DNA from: Candidatus Eremiobacteria bacterium
GTDB taxonomy: Bacteria > Vulcanimicrobiota > Vulcanimicrobiia > Vulcanimicrobiales > Vulcanimicrobiaceae
DNA: 64,000 nt
Assembly (NCBI GenBank): GCA_963758295.1
Contig: CAVWUU010000004.1
Span: forward strand, 800,001 to 864,000
Direction: 5' to 3'
Part shown: positions 1-9,315 of the stretch, one piece after another
Position numbering within the stretch: the stretch's first letter is position 1
How the letters are laid out: the number at the start of each line of letters is the position of its first letter
Position numbers and translations under genes: made by a program
The notes under the pieces: model-generated
Databases searched by the model: none
Told to the model about the DNA's origin: nothing
What the model saw: only the letters and a program-made list of their open reading frames with translations

Positions 1-1041
1 GCGGCACGCCCAATCCTCGACCGCTGGTTTGAATCCGAAGAGTTGAAAGGCACGATTGCTACGGATGCGATCATCGGCGCGTTCATGGCGCCTTCCATGC
101 CCGGCACCGCTTACGTCCTTTTCCATCACGTTATGGGTGAAACCAACGGCAAGAAAGGCGTGTGGGCCTACATGCGCGGAGGCATGGGCGGCTTGACGCA
201 ATCGCTCGCGAAGGCGGCGAAAGATTTAGGCGTGGAGATTCGGACCGAAGCCGAAGTCGCTAAGATCCTTACGAAGAACGGCGCCGTAACCGGCGTTGCA
301 CTGACCAATGGCGACGAGTTTCATGCCAAGAAAGTGGCCAGCGGCGTCGACATGCATCTGACGTTCGAGAAGTTTCTCGATCCGGCGACGTTGCCGGCAG
401 ACTTCAGCGCCGCCGTCGGTCGCATAACGTACGATAGCGCCTCCGTTAAAATCAATGTTGCGCTCGATCGCCTGCCGAGTTTCACCGCGTTGCCGGGTAA
501 CGATCCGGGGCCGCAACATCACGGAACGGTGCATCTGTGCCCGGACCAAGACTTCATCGAACGCGCGTACGACGACGCAAAGTATGGCTATCCTTCGAAA
601 GAGCCCGTCGTGGAATGTACGATGCCGTCGTCTCTCGATTCGACCGTAGCGCCCGCGGGCAAACACCTGATGTCGATGTTCGTTCAATATGCGCCGTACA
701 AACTTAAAGACGGCCCGTGGACGAACGAGATCAAAGAAGATTTTGCGAATCGCTGCTTCAACATCGTCGAACAGTACGCGCCGGGATTCAAAGATTCGAT
801 AGTGGACAAGCAGATTCTGAGTCCGGTTGACATCGAGTCGACGTTTGGACTCACCGGAGGAAACATTTTCCAGGGAACGATGCCGCTGCACAATCTCTAT
901 ATGTTCCGGCCGGTTCCCGGTTATGCAAATTACAAGACGCCGGTCAAGAATTTGTACATGTGCGGGGCGGCGGCGCATCCCGGCGGCGGCGTAATGGGCG
1001 CGCCTGGATGGAACGCTGCGCGTGAGATGCTGAAAGGATAA
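1..1041 (+). CDS. NAD(P)/FAD-dependent oxidoreductase, phytoene dehydrogenase-like (5' truncated by window edge)
   Basis: Frame open from base 1 (AARPILDRWFESEELKG...). Motifs GGMGGLTQSL, DSTVAPAGKH, GLTGGNIFQG and LYMCGAAAHPGGGVMGAPG are typical of the family. Confidence 0.85.
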   Translation, partial: AARPILDRWFESEELKGTIATDAIIGAFMAPSMPGTAYVLFHHVMGETNGKKGVWAYMRGGMGGLTQSLAKAAKDLGVEIRTEAEVAKILTKNGAVTGVALTNGDEFHAKKVASGVDMHLTFEKFLDPATLPADFSAAVGRITYDSASVKINVALDRLPSFTALPGNDPGPQHHGTVHLCPDQDFIERAYDDAKYGYPSKEPVVECTMPSSLDSTVAPAGKHLMSMFVQYAPYKLKDGPWTNEIKEDFANRCFNIVEQYAPGFKDSIVDKQILSPVDIESTFGLTGGNIFQGTMPLHNLYMFRPVPGYANYKTPVKNLYMCGAAAHPGGGVMGAPGWNAAREMLKG

Positions 1042-1046
1042 GGAAG

Positions 1047-1844
1047 GTGGATTCGCGGCTGTCTACCGTCGTTCTCGACGACGGAACTGCAACGACGGTC
1101 GAACGCTGGGGCAGCTCCGGTCCGGTGATGCTGTGCGTGCACGGCATGACGAGCTCACGAAAATCGTGGATGCGCTTAGCTGCCCGCTACTGCGATCGCT
1201 TTCAAGTCTTCGCGTACGATCAACGCGGGCACGGCGACAGCGCCGCAGTTTTTGGTCCGATGACCCTTGACCGCGGCGTGCGCGACCTGGAAAATGTCGC
1301 GGCCGCCGTGGGCGGCGCCGACGTGCTGGCCGGACACTCGTGGGGCGGGGCAGTCGTCATCCGTGGCGGCTTACGCGTCGACGCAATGGCTATCGCGGCC
1401 ATCGATCCGATGATCGTACAGGTCGATAGCTCGTGGTACGACGAGTACGTGCAAGAATTACGCGAGAGCTTTGCGCTGGGCGGCTCCGAACGCGACACGG
1501 CAACGCGCGTGGAATACGCCGGCTGGCACCCTGAGGACGTCGAGGGCAAAGTTCACGCCGTACACTCCATGACGGTCGATCCGATCGCAAGGCTTTATAG
1601 CGAAAACGTCGGCGGCAATTGGGATCTTCGCGAGGAGATCGCGACGTACGGCAAACCGTTACTTCTCGCAATGGCCGGCTCCGAGGGAAGCATCGTTCCC
1701 GCGGAAGTCGTTGAGGAAGTGCAGAGCAACCATTCATCAAACGTCCGCATCGAAACATTTCACGAACAAGGCCACAACCTTTATCGAACGGATTTCGAAG
1801 CTTTCGCCTTAACGCTGGATCGCTTTTTAGCGGACGTCCTTTAA
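1047..1844 (+). CDS. alpha/beta fold hydrolase
   Basis: HG motif (VHGMT), DQRGHGDS, nucleophile elbow GHSWGG, C-terminal GH; GGAAG RBS-like sequence upstream. Confidence 0.85.
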   Translation: MDSRLSTVVLDDGTATTVERWGSSGPVMLCVHGMTSSRKSWMRLAARYCDRFQVFAYDQRGHGDSAAVFGPMTLDRGVRDLENVAAAVGGADVLAGHSWGGAVVIRGGLRVDAMAIAAIDPMIVQVDSSWYDEYVQELRESFALGGSERDTATRVEYAGWHPEDVEGKVHAVHSMTVDPIARLYSENVGGNWDLREEIATYGKPLLLAMAGSEGSIVPAEVVEEVQSNHSSNVRIETFHEQGHNLYRTDFEAFALTLDRFLADVL

Positions 1845-2738
1845 ATCCGTATCCGGCTCGCGAAGCATCGAATCGGCGCCGTAGCTTGGCAACAGCAGCC
1901 GCGCGTTTGAATCCGGCGTAGGCTCGAAGCTGATCGTCAAATCGTAAAACGTGCGGTCGCGTTCCATCGCAATGGGCTTTAGCGCCGACTCGGTCAAGAT
2001 ATACAGCGCCCCGTCGCGCTTGACGAAATCGACGCTCCACGGAATTCGGTCGAACGGCGCCACGGTGAAGTTTCCGGACACGATCGCTTTGACCGGCGTG
2101 AAGTCGCCGGTCCCAACCCACAGTTCGCGCAAACGATTGCTTTCCGGGTCCCGGCGCGGCTTCAATAGCAGATGGTACGCATCTCCGCCGTCAATGGAAT
2201 CGGTTCCGGCGACGGTGATGTCGTAACGTTGATCGCGCGTGGTAACGGCCGCGATGACCGGAAGTTTGGTAGAAAGATCGGATTGTTGCGGCTGCGCCGC
2301 GGGCGGCTCGACCAAACCAAAGGAATACGCCGGCGCGAGCAGCGGCACACCGATCAAATCCGGGTCGGGGTCTTTCCGCCCGAATGGGATGCTTCTTCCG
2401 CCGCTTCCGCCTCGCGCGATAGAGATGGTGATGTCGAAATGGAAGTTAACGCCCTTCGGAACGTGCGGCGTTTGCGCTTCTTCTTCGCTCAGGGCATCGA
2501 CGCGGACGTCGTTGTCGCTTGGAATCCACTGCCCGCGATAGTGACGTGCTACGGGCTTGCCCGCTTCCGTGGCGTTCATCACGATGCCGTAGCGAACGAT
2601 CTCCGGATACTGCTGTGCCGCGCAAACGTCACGCGCGCGCTCGTAGATCGCGTAGCCGTCTAACGGCGCGGCGGCGCTCGGCTCACTCCAGCCTGCGGCA
2701 ATGAGCAGCCCCGTAGCGAGTGCAAGTCTACCGCGCAT
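1827..2738 (-). CDS. secreted hypothetical protein (C-terminal half possibly LolA-like)
   Basis: 303 aa with an N-terminal signal peptide ending in AAA. Segment YDITVAGTDSIDGGDAYHLLLKPR...LRELWV resembles lipoprotein-sorting beta-sheet proteins. Confidence 0.65.
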   Translation of the reverse strand: MRGRLALATGLLIAAGWSEPSAAAPLDGYAIYERARDVCAAQQYPEIVRYGIVMNATEAGKPVARHYRGQWIPSDNDVRVDALSEEEAQTPHVPKGVNFHFDITISIARGGSGGRSIPFGRKDPDPDLIGVPLLAPAYSFGLVEPPAAQPQQSDLSTKLPVIAAVTTRDQRYDITVAGTDSIDGGDAYHLLLKPRRDPESNRLRELWVGTGDFTPVKAIVSGNFTVAPFDRIPWSVDFVKRDGALYILTESALKPIAMERDRTFYDLTISFEPTPDSNARLLLPSYGADSMLREPDTDLKDVR

Positions 2739-2998
2739 GTATCACACCTTCTTCGATATTTAGCACCTTACTTTCTTAATAGGGCGGAATACCCAGCGCG
2801 GGCCATGTCGCTCAAAAAAAGCACCAAGGCCTGCCAGCTTAGGAAGGCGCCTTGTCCGCTCAATCCGTAGCACTCCTTAGACCTTTTTGCCTCACCGAAG
2901 TCGTGCCCGGAGAACGTAGTCGTCGTTGACTCGACCGCGCGGCTATTGCTCTCCAATCGACTTCCTCGATCGTATGGCGCTCAGGAGAGGAATCCGCA

Positions 2999-4606
2999 GT
3001 GAGAATCAAGGCATCTTTATTAGCGGCGCTCGTGGTTGTGCCGCAGATCGTCGCACCGGCTCACGCGCTCGCGCAGATGAATAACAGCCGCAACGGCTGC
3101 ATGAATCAATGGCTCTTCAACGGAGTTTGGCGCGCGCAGGTAACCAAAGTCGAGCCGGTCCTCAATAACGGCAAACAAGTCGGCTGGCAAGTTACGCAAT
3201 CGTGGCGTAACGGCACCGGCCGTGAACTGGCGCCGGCAGATTCTTCTTTACTTCCGGAGCAGCTGGTGCTCGGCAGCGGCGCAAAACTAGAGGCCGAGGG
3301 CCACAATCAGGAAGGCCTCGCATTCAATACGTTAGCGCCCTCAGGGCAATTTGCGTACACCCAGGTATTCTACGGCAACAATATGACGGTGGATCCGAAC
3401 GATAAGCCGAAGGCGGTCGAAGTCGCGTTTGATAACAAAATCGTTTCCACGTCGAACAAACCGCACTTCACATCGAATCAGTATAACTTCGATTACAATC
3501 TAACGTGCGTCGCGAGCGGCGCGGTCGCAGCTGCGCAAGGCGGCTCGACGCAATTGGCGGCCCAGAGCGGCTGCATGAATCAATGGATGTCCAACGGCGT
3601 CTGGAAGATGCGCGTAACGAAACTCACGCCGTATCCCGCCGGCGGAAAACCTGAAGATCAAAACGGCTGGCTCGTAACGCAGACCTGGGTCAATGTCACG
3701 AATATGAAAGTCTATCCGGGCGGTTTACCCGACGTCCCGAACCGCGTGGCGCCGACCAACGTAAGCGATGAATTTCTCGCGACGAAGAACGGCAATAACG
3801 CTTCGTCGTTTAATACCGTTGGCGGCTTTCATATCGGGCAGCGTAACGTTCCATTCGCACCCAACACTGCTTACACGTTCGATCAGCTCATCGCATGGAA
3901 CCCGTTCGACCGGACCGATATGCCGATTCGCTTACTCGTGACGTTCGATAGTGCGACACAGAGGAAAGTAAAGCTCGCTATTCCGGTGCCGCAATATCAC
4001 AGCCCCGCGAATTTCCGCATAGACCTAACTTGCGGAGACGGCGCCGTCGCCGTGGAGCCGCAGCAAAATGAAGCGGCGCAACGGCCGAATACGCAGCAGC
4101 AGCCAACGCCATCCGTTGCAGCGGCGCAAACGCCGTCGAGCAACAAGAACGGACTGACAGTCGATCCCTGCGCGATGCTGAGCCAGTCCGACGTGGCGTC
4201 GGCGCTTGGAGTGGGCGCGGCGACGGTTGGCAAGCCACAACATACGTCGCCGAACGAGTGTGCGTGGGCGGTGGCCTCGCATGCCGGCGCACCGGCACAA
4301 GACGTCGTTCTGGTCGCACAATCCGTTCCCACTACGGCCGCCTGTCATGGTTTGTCTTGCCTTAACGCGGTGGCCTCGGCGTTGGGATCGCATGTCGTGC
4401 CGCAATTGCCCGGCGCGTTCGCCGAGGCGTTCAACGATGCACAGATGATCTCCGGACTCGGAGACAAGGCGTCTTGGAAAGACGGAAAGCTTACGGTTCT
4501 CCGAGCGGACATGGCTTTCCAACTTCTCGTTCATGGAACGTCGTCGCGGGGGCTCGCTACATCCGAAACACTGGCACGCGACGTTCTGCTTCACGTGACG
4601 CCCTAA
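2999..4606 (+). CDS. secreted hypothetical protein with an internally duplicated domain
   Basis: Signal peptide ending AHALA. Two related modules start GCMNQWLFNGVWRAQVTKV and GCMNQWMSNGVWKMRVTKL. A Q/P-rich linker precedes a C-terminal DPCAMLSQSDVASALG domain. AGGAGAGG RBS. Confidence 0.75.
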   Translation: MRIKASLLAALVVVPQIVAPAHALAQMNNSRNGCMNQWLFNGVWRAQVTKVEPVLNNGKQVGWQVTQSWRNGTGRELAPADSSLLPEQLVLGSGAKLEAEGHNQEGLAFNTLAPSGQFAYTQVFYGNNMTVDPNDKPKAVEVAFDNKIVSTSNKPHFTSNQYNFDYNLTCVASGAVAAAQGGSTQLAAQSGCMNQWMSNGVWKMRVTKLTPYPAGGKPEDQNGWLVTQTWVNVTNMKVYPGGLPDVPNRVAPTNVSDEFLATKNGNNASSFNTVGGFHIGQRNVPFAPNTAYTFDQLIAWNPFDRTDMPIRLLVTFDSATQRKVKLAIPVPQYHSPANFRIDLTCGDGAVAVEPQQNEAAQRPNTQQQPTPSVAAAQTPSSNKNGLTVDPCAMLSQSDVASALGVGAATVGKPQHTSPNECAWAVASHAGAPAQDVVLVAQSVPTTAACHGLSCLNAVASALGSHVVPQLPGAFAEAFNDAQMISGLGDKASWKDGKLTVLRADMAFQLLVHGTSSRGLATSETLARDVLLHVTP

Positions 4607-4804
4607 GGCAACAGTGACGTGTTGCCGGCTTGGCCGCCTGAATCGCGTTCATCACTATGCGCAACGCACGATCGCAGCGAATCTCGCATGACTCCAACGT
4701 ATCGCGGATTAAATCGCGGGAACGCCGGGGCGGCCGATAGCGCCCTTTGCGCTGCCCAGGAGCCTCGTGGAGCTTGTTGAAGCGATGGAGCCGTCCCCAG
4801 ACAC

Positions 4805-4886
4805 GCCGACGTGGCTGAGTGGTTGAAGGCACGACACTTGTAATGTCGCTCGAAAGACACCGCCGGTTCGAATCCGGCCGTCGGCT
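4805..4886 (+). tRNA. tRNA-Thr(UGU) with a long (13-nt) variable region; CCA not encoded
   Basis: Acceptor GCCGACG/CGTCGGC; D-arm GCT-GAGTGGTTGAA-GGC; anticodon stem CGACA/TGTCG with loop CT-TGT-AA (anticodon 4839-4841); variable region CTCGAAAGACACC; T-arm GCCGG-TTCGAAT-CCGGC; discriminator T4886. Confidence 0.9.
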
Positions 4887-4939
4887 ACGATACTTTTCTA
4901 GGCGTAACCCCAGTTCGCATGAACCCTATAGGAGGCTTT

Positions 4940-5083
4940 ATGCGCATCGGTTCGCAGGAACATAGAGAGCTCTTCTGCCGTTCGTTTATCCATACGCATG
5001 AGCCGTGCCGGCCCAAAGATCTCCCTGGCCTAAACTCGATAAAGCGTCCATCGAAGTTCTTCAATCGATTCACGGGCCTCTAG
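4940..5083 (+). pseudogene. N-terminal remnant of a probable ferritin-like domain protein (frameshifted, truncated)
   Basis: GGAGG RBS then MRIGSQEHRELFCRSFIHTHEPCRPKDL. A one-base shift continues (P)WPKLDKASIEVLQSI, which matches from memory the IGSxxHxELFCRxF...LPWPxLD start of that family. The sequence then runs into the next gene. Confidence 0.55.
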
Positions 5084-5084
5084 A

Positions 5085-5891
5085 GTGAAATTGCGCGGAA
5101 AGGTTGCAATTCTTACCGGTGCCGCCGGCGGAATCGGATCGGCCGCTGCACGCGCCTTCGCCCGCGAAGGCGTCATTACGATCCTCACCGATCTGCCCGC
5201 CGCAGCTCCGGTGCTCGATGCGCTGGTAGAAGACATCGCGTCAAACGGCGCAACGGCGCTCGCTATCCCTGCGGATATTACGAGCCGCCCGCAAATCGAC
5301 CGCCTCGTTGCGGAAGCGATAAGCCGCTTCGGCCGCATCGACATTCTGGTGAACGTCGCCGGAATCGGATCTGCGCCTTCGCTTTCCGAGAGCACCGACG
5401 AAGAACTGGAACGCGTCGTTCTCGTCAATCTGCTCGGAAGCGCGCGAACCATTCATGCGGTGCTGCCCATTATGAGAGCGCATCGCAGCGGCGCGATCAT
5501 CAACATCGGTTCGATCGCCAGTCAAAGCGGGGTGATGGGCATTTATTCCGCATCGAAATTCGGGTTGCGTGGACTCAGCGATAGCGTGCGCCGTGAGGTG
5601 CGCAGTTGCGGCATCGGCGTCACGCTGATCGATCCGGGGTTCGTCGCGACGCCGATGAACCCGGCGATGCAAAACCTTCCGAAGCCGGAGATCGTGGCCA
5701 ACGCCATCGTCAAAGCCGTCATTTCGCCGCGGCGTCATGTCATCGTGCCGGCCTCGTATCGTCTTCCGGTTTTTCTTGCCAAGGCTTTCCCAGCGTTCAC
5801 CGACCTTGTCTTTGGTAACGCCAGAATCCAAGACCGCCTTAATAGAGACGCCAGGGCAGCGAGAGCCACGGCAAAAACTCCGCAGCCATGA
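5085..5891 (+). CDS. SDR family oxidoreductase
   Basis: TGAAGGIG Rossmann motif, DILVNVAG, catalytic YSASK. Confidence 0.9.
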   Translation: MKLRGKVAILTGAAGGIGSAAARAFAREGVITILTDLPAAAPVLDALVEDIASNGATALAIPADITSRPQIDRLVAEAISRFGRIDILVNVAGIGSAPSLSESTDEELERVVLVNLLGSARTIHAVLPIMRAHRSGAIINIGSIASQSGVMGIYSASKFGLRGLSDSVRREVRSCGIGVTLIDPGFVATPMNPAMQNLPKPEIVANAIVKAVISPRRHVIVPASYRLPVFLAKAFPAFTDLVFGNARIQDRLNRDARAARATAKTPQP

Positions 5892-6715
5892 CAGGCCGCG
5901 TCCTAATCACGGGAGCGTCCACGGGCATCGGCGCGGCGGCGACCACGGCGCTTGCCAAGGACGGTTGGCGAGTTTACGCGGGAGTGCGAAACGCGCATGA
6001 CGCAAACGCTCTGGCGGCTGCGTCGGCCAATATCACGCCCGTGTCACTGGACGTCACGAGCGAGCAACAGATCAACGACGCGTTCGAGACGGTAGCGTCC
6101 GTCGAAACGAATGTAGATGCGGTAATCAACAACGCCGGCATTGCGCTTGGCGGTCCGCTCGAATACTTTCCAATTGAAGAATTCAAGCGGCTATTCGAAA
6201 CGAACCTCTTTGGCGCACTTGCGGTAACGCAGAAATTTCTGCCGATGCTTCGCCAGGCACCATCGCCGCGTTTGATCTTCGTCGGTTCCATTCAAGGCCG
6301 GCTGGCTATGCCGTACATTGCGCCGTATAGTGCCTCCAAGTTTGCGCTGCGCGCTATGGCGGACGCGCTGCGCGTCGAGCTCGCGCCGAAAATCGTCGTG
6401 TCGCTGATCGAGCCCGCGTCGGTCAAGACGCCGATTTGGCGCAAAGGCCGGGAAACGAGCGAAGCGATGAGAGGGCGCATTCCGCCCGATGCGCCGGAGC
6501 ATTATTTCGGCGCAATAGAGGCCGTTTTGCAAGAGACGGAATATCAAGAGCGCAACGGGATGCCGGTCGAGCGCGTAACAGCCGCGATCCGGCACGCGCT
6601 TTCCGATCGGCCGCGCGCTACGTATCTCGTCGGTGCATCGGCACGCGCGGGCAGCATTGTTGCCTTGCTTCCCACAGCGTGGCGAGACTGGTTGCTGCGA
6701 CGTTCTTTCCGATAA
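5888..6715 (+). CDS. SDR family oxidoreductase
   Basis: TGASTGIG, INNAG, YSASK; ATGA overlap with the upstream SDR. Confidence 0.9.
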   Translation: MTGRVLITGASTGIGAAATTALAKDGWRVYAGVRNAHDANALAAASANITPVSLDVTSEQQINDAFETVASVETNVDAVINNAGIALGGPLEYFPIEEFKRLFETNLFGALAVTQKFLPMLRQAPSPRLIFVGSIQGRLAMPYIAPYSASKFALRAMADALRVELAPKIVVSLIEPASVKTPIWRKGRETSEAMRGRIPPDAPEHYFGAIEAVLQETEYQERNGMPVERVTAAIRHALSDRPRATYLVGASARAGSIVALLPTAWRDWLLRRSFR

Positions 6716-6735
6716 AGGGTCAACGAAAACATTTC

Positions 6736-7080
6736 ATGCAAGAAGTCCATCCGAAGTGGCTAAAAAGCGGCCTCGTCCTTGTTTGCGAGCGCTGTTCCAA
6801 AGAACGCATTCCCGAAGAAACGCCCCTCATCGCCGAAAAAATGGGCGACTTCAATTTGCGTGACTGGCTGAAGAAAGAACTCAAGCAAAACGACGAGTGG
6901 GGGCCGGTTCGCGTTATCTCGACGAGCTGCATGGACGTCTGCGCAAAAGGCAAAGTCACCGTTTGTCTAGATCCGAAAAACGGTGACTCGCCCGAAGTAG
7001 TGATCGTTGATCCGGTCGCGGAAAAGCATGAACTATACGGAAGAATCGTCGACCGGCTCGGCCGCAAAGACGGCCGGTAG
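6736..7080 (+). CDS. small Cys-containing protein, thioredoxin-like [2Fe-2S] ferredoxin-type
   Basis: MQEVHPKWLKSGLVLVCERC...VRVISTSCMDVCAKGKVTV has the CxxC ... CxxxC pattern. Start re-assigned to ATG 6736. Confidence 0.6.
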   Translation: MQEVHPKWLKSGLVLVCERCSKERIPEETPLIAEKMGDFNLRDWLKKELKQNDEWGPVRVISTSCMDVCAKGKVTVCLDPKNGDSPEVVIVDPVAEKHELYGRIVDRLGRKDGR

Positions 7081-7081
7081 G

Positions 7082-7411
7082 TTACACCCCGGCAGGTTGG
7101 CGGGAAACGTTCCCGCGAGCTTTCGCCGCTTTGTTCAATCCGATTTTTAGATCTTCGACGTTCATGACCGGGAAGAATTCGATCCTGGCTCCGGCGTGCA
7201 AGAACCAAGGTTCGGCAATGACAGGAATTTCGGACTGGTCTATCAGATCGAAGACAAAAAGCGCCGTTCTCTTTCCGTCCTCGGGATAGAAATATGCAGC
7301 TTCGGGCTTAACGCGTTCCATGAACCCTTGAATCAACTCCGGAAGTAATCCGCTCGAAACCGCGCCGTTGCTCCGGTCCGTGTCCATCGAGATTCTTAGT
7401 AGCGTCCGCAT
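7082..7411 (-). CDS. DUF3303-like small ferredoxin-fold protein
   Basis: KPEAAYFYPEDGKRTALFVFDL...IPVIAEPWF...IEFFPVMNVEDL signature; GAGG RBS before ATG 7411. Confidence 0.7.
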   Translation of the reverse strand: MRTLLRISMDTDRSNGAVSSGLLPELIQGFMERVKPEAAYFYPEDGKRTALFVFDLIDQSEIPVIAEPWFLHAGARIEFFPVMNVEDLKIGLNKAAKARGNVSRQPAGV

Positions 7412-7531
7412 AATGCACCTCGTAAAGAGAAGCACACCTCGCGCATACAATCGTAGCATAGGAGAGTGGGGTAATGCGTGACTTCGCGGGACGCGCGCAT
7501 CATTAAAGGAGAAATTGGCAAGACTGCGTCG

Positions 7532-8431
7532 CTAGCCGGAAATCGATTCGGCACGGAGGTGGGTCTCTTCGGTGTGAGGTGAAGGCTGTTCGGATTTGAG
7601 GGTGGACATGTCGATGGTGAAGCGGTATTTGACGTCGGATTTGAGAAGGCGTTCGTAAGCGGCGTTGGCGTTTTGTATGGGAATGACTTCGACGTCGGCG
7701 GTGATGTTGTTGGCGCCGCAAAAGTCCAGCATTTCTTGCGTTTCGCGAAGGCCCCCGATGTTGGAGCCGGAGAGACTGCGACGTCCGGTGATGAGTGCGA
7801 AGGCGGTAACGCTTAGCGGTTTTGGCGGAGCGCCTACGAGGGTCAGGTTGCCGTCGCGGCCGAGGAGTTCTAAGTAAGCATCGATGTCGTGGTCGGCGGA
7901 AACGGTGTCGAGAATAAAGTCGAAGGTTCCGACGTACGCGTCCATCTCACCGGCGTTGCGAGAAACGACGACTTCATCGGCGCCAAGGCGGAATGCGTCG
8001 GCCTTTTTGTTTTCGGAAGTCGTAAAAACGACGGTATGGGCGCCGAACGCTCGCGCGAATTTAACGGCCATGTGGCCAAGGCCGCCGAGGCCAACGACGC
8101 CGACTTTTTTGCCTTTTGTGACGCCCCAGTGACGCATCGGCGAATAGGTCGTGATGCCGGCGCATAGCAGCGGTGCTGCCCCGGCGGGATCGAGATTTTT
8201 CGGCACGCGCAACACGAAGCTCTCGTCGACGACTATGGAGCCGGAATATCCGCCGTACGTTACGCCGCCCAGGTGCTTGTCGGAACCGTTGAACGTTAGC
8301 ACCATATTCGGACAGAAATTTTCGTAATCGTCTTTGCACTGATCGCACGTTTTGTCGGAATCGACGGGGCAACCGACGCCCACCATTTCACCCGGTCCGA
8401 ATTTGGTGACCGCCGATCTCGTTCCCGGCAA
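7532..8431 (-). pseudogene. N-terminally truncated Zn-dependent NAD(P) alcohol dehydrogenase (cinnamyl-ADH/YahK type)
   Basis: APLLCAGITTYSP, GVVGLGGLGHMAVKFA and DVKYRFTID are present. The first roughly 70 aa, including the catalytic-Zn Cys and an intact GHE motif, are absent. The ORF starts directly at the sigH terminator. Confidence 0.7.
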
Positions 8432-8463
8432 AACAAAAAAACCGCTCTTTCGAACGGTTTTTT
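8430..8463 (-). terminator. rho-independent terminator of sigH
   Basis: Minus strand AAAAAACCGTTC-GAAA-GAGCGGTTTTTTTGTTTT, about 20 nt after the sigH stop. Confidence 0.85.
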
Positions 8464-8485
8464 CGCAGATTGTTGCAGCTGTTTC

Positions 8486-9133
8486 CTACTGAAACTCGAA
8501 CTCCGCGAGGTTCTTTTCGATCTTCCGCTTCACGCGCTGCAGAGCGTTGTCGATCGACTTCACGTGACGGCCGAGGTCACGAGCCATCTCCTGGTAGCTC
8601 TTGCCCTCGAGGTAGGACTCAAGCACCTGCGATTCCAGCTCGGAAAGATTTTGGCGAATGCGCTGCCGGATGTCGTCGGAGACTTCCTGCGTTACGACCA
8701 GTTCCTCGGGATCCGAGGTTTTCTGCGACGCCATAACGTCGAGCAGCGTACGTTCGCTGTCCTCGTCGTAAATCGGCTTGTTCAGCGAGATGTACTGGTT
8801 GAGCGGAATGTGCTTCTGACGCGTCGCGGTCTTGATGGCCGTGATGATCTGGCGCGTGATACATAACTCCGCGAACGCGCGAAAACTCGAAAGCTTGTCC
8901 GCTTTGAAGTCGCGCACGGCTTTATAGAGGCCGATCATACCTTCTTGGATGATGTCCTCGCGGTCCGCACCGATCAGGAAGTAACTCTTGGCTTTGATCC
9001 GGACGAAATTTTTGTATTTGTTCAGGAGATACTCCATCGCCAGGTTGTCGCCCGATTTCGCGATGGCAACGAGATCTTCGTCCGCCCGCTCGTTGTACTC
9101 CAAACCATCCGAAACGGGATGGGTCATAGCCAT
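8486..9133 (-). CDS. sigH: RNA polymerase sigma factor SigH (sigma-30 family)
   Basis: KAKSYFLIGADREDIIQEGMIGLYKAVRDF, FAELCITRQIITAIKTATRQKHIPLNQYISL and KSIDNALQRVKRK are SigH-specific; syntenic after rlmB. Confidence 0.95.
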   Translation of the reverse strand: MAMTHPVSDGLEYNERADEDLVAIAKSGDNLAMEYLLNKYKNFVRIKAKSYFLIGADREDIIQEGMIGLYKAVRDFKADKLSSFRAFAELCITRQIITAIKTATRQKHIPLNQYISLNKPIYDEDSERTLLDVMASQKTSDPEELVVTQEVSDDIRQRIRQNLSELESQVLESYLEGKSYQEMARDLGRHVKSIDNALQRVKRKIEKNLAEFEFQ

Positions 9134-9211
9134 AGTATTTTGTAAGCCTCGTGGTGTCGATACGCCGAAAAAACGCAGGCCGTAGCCCGTCGAACGCGGC
9201 ACATCCACGCA

Positions 9212-9240
9212 ATTATAGGAGGGGGTCCTCCTCCCGTCAA
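9212..9240 (-). promoter_or_regulatory. sigma70/SigA promoter for sigH
   Basis: Minus strand TTGACG (9240-9235), 17-nt spacer, TATAAT (9217-9212). Confidence 0.85.
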
Positions 9241-9315
9241 GCGTATTCCGCGGAGGCTTTTTGCTAAGCTAGCAGTTCGAATTTGGGCCAAGCTGCTGAG
9301 GAAGCAGTGCCCTGC

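Noticed and set aside
4805..4886. tRNA-Tyr(GUA) reading of the tRNA
   Set aside because: The 5-bp anticodon stem fixes a 7-nt loop CTTGTAA with TGT at positions 34-36; GTA would be off-centre.
4860..8430. Integrative element or prophage at the tRNA
   Set aside because: No integrase and no convincing duplicated tRNA 3' end seen. The partial match near 1907 is short and lies inside a CDS.
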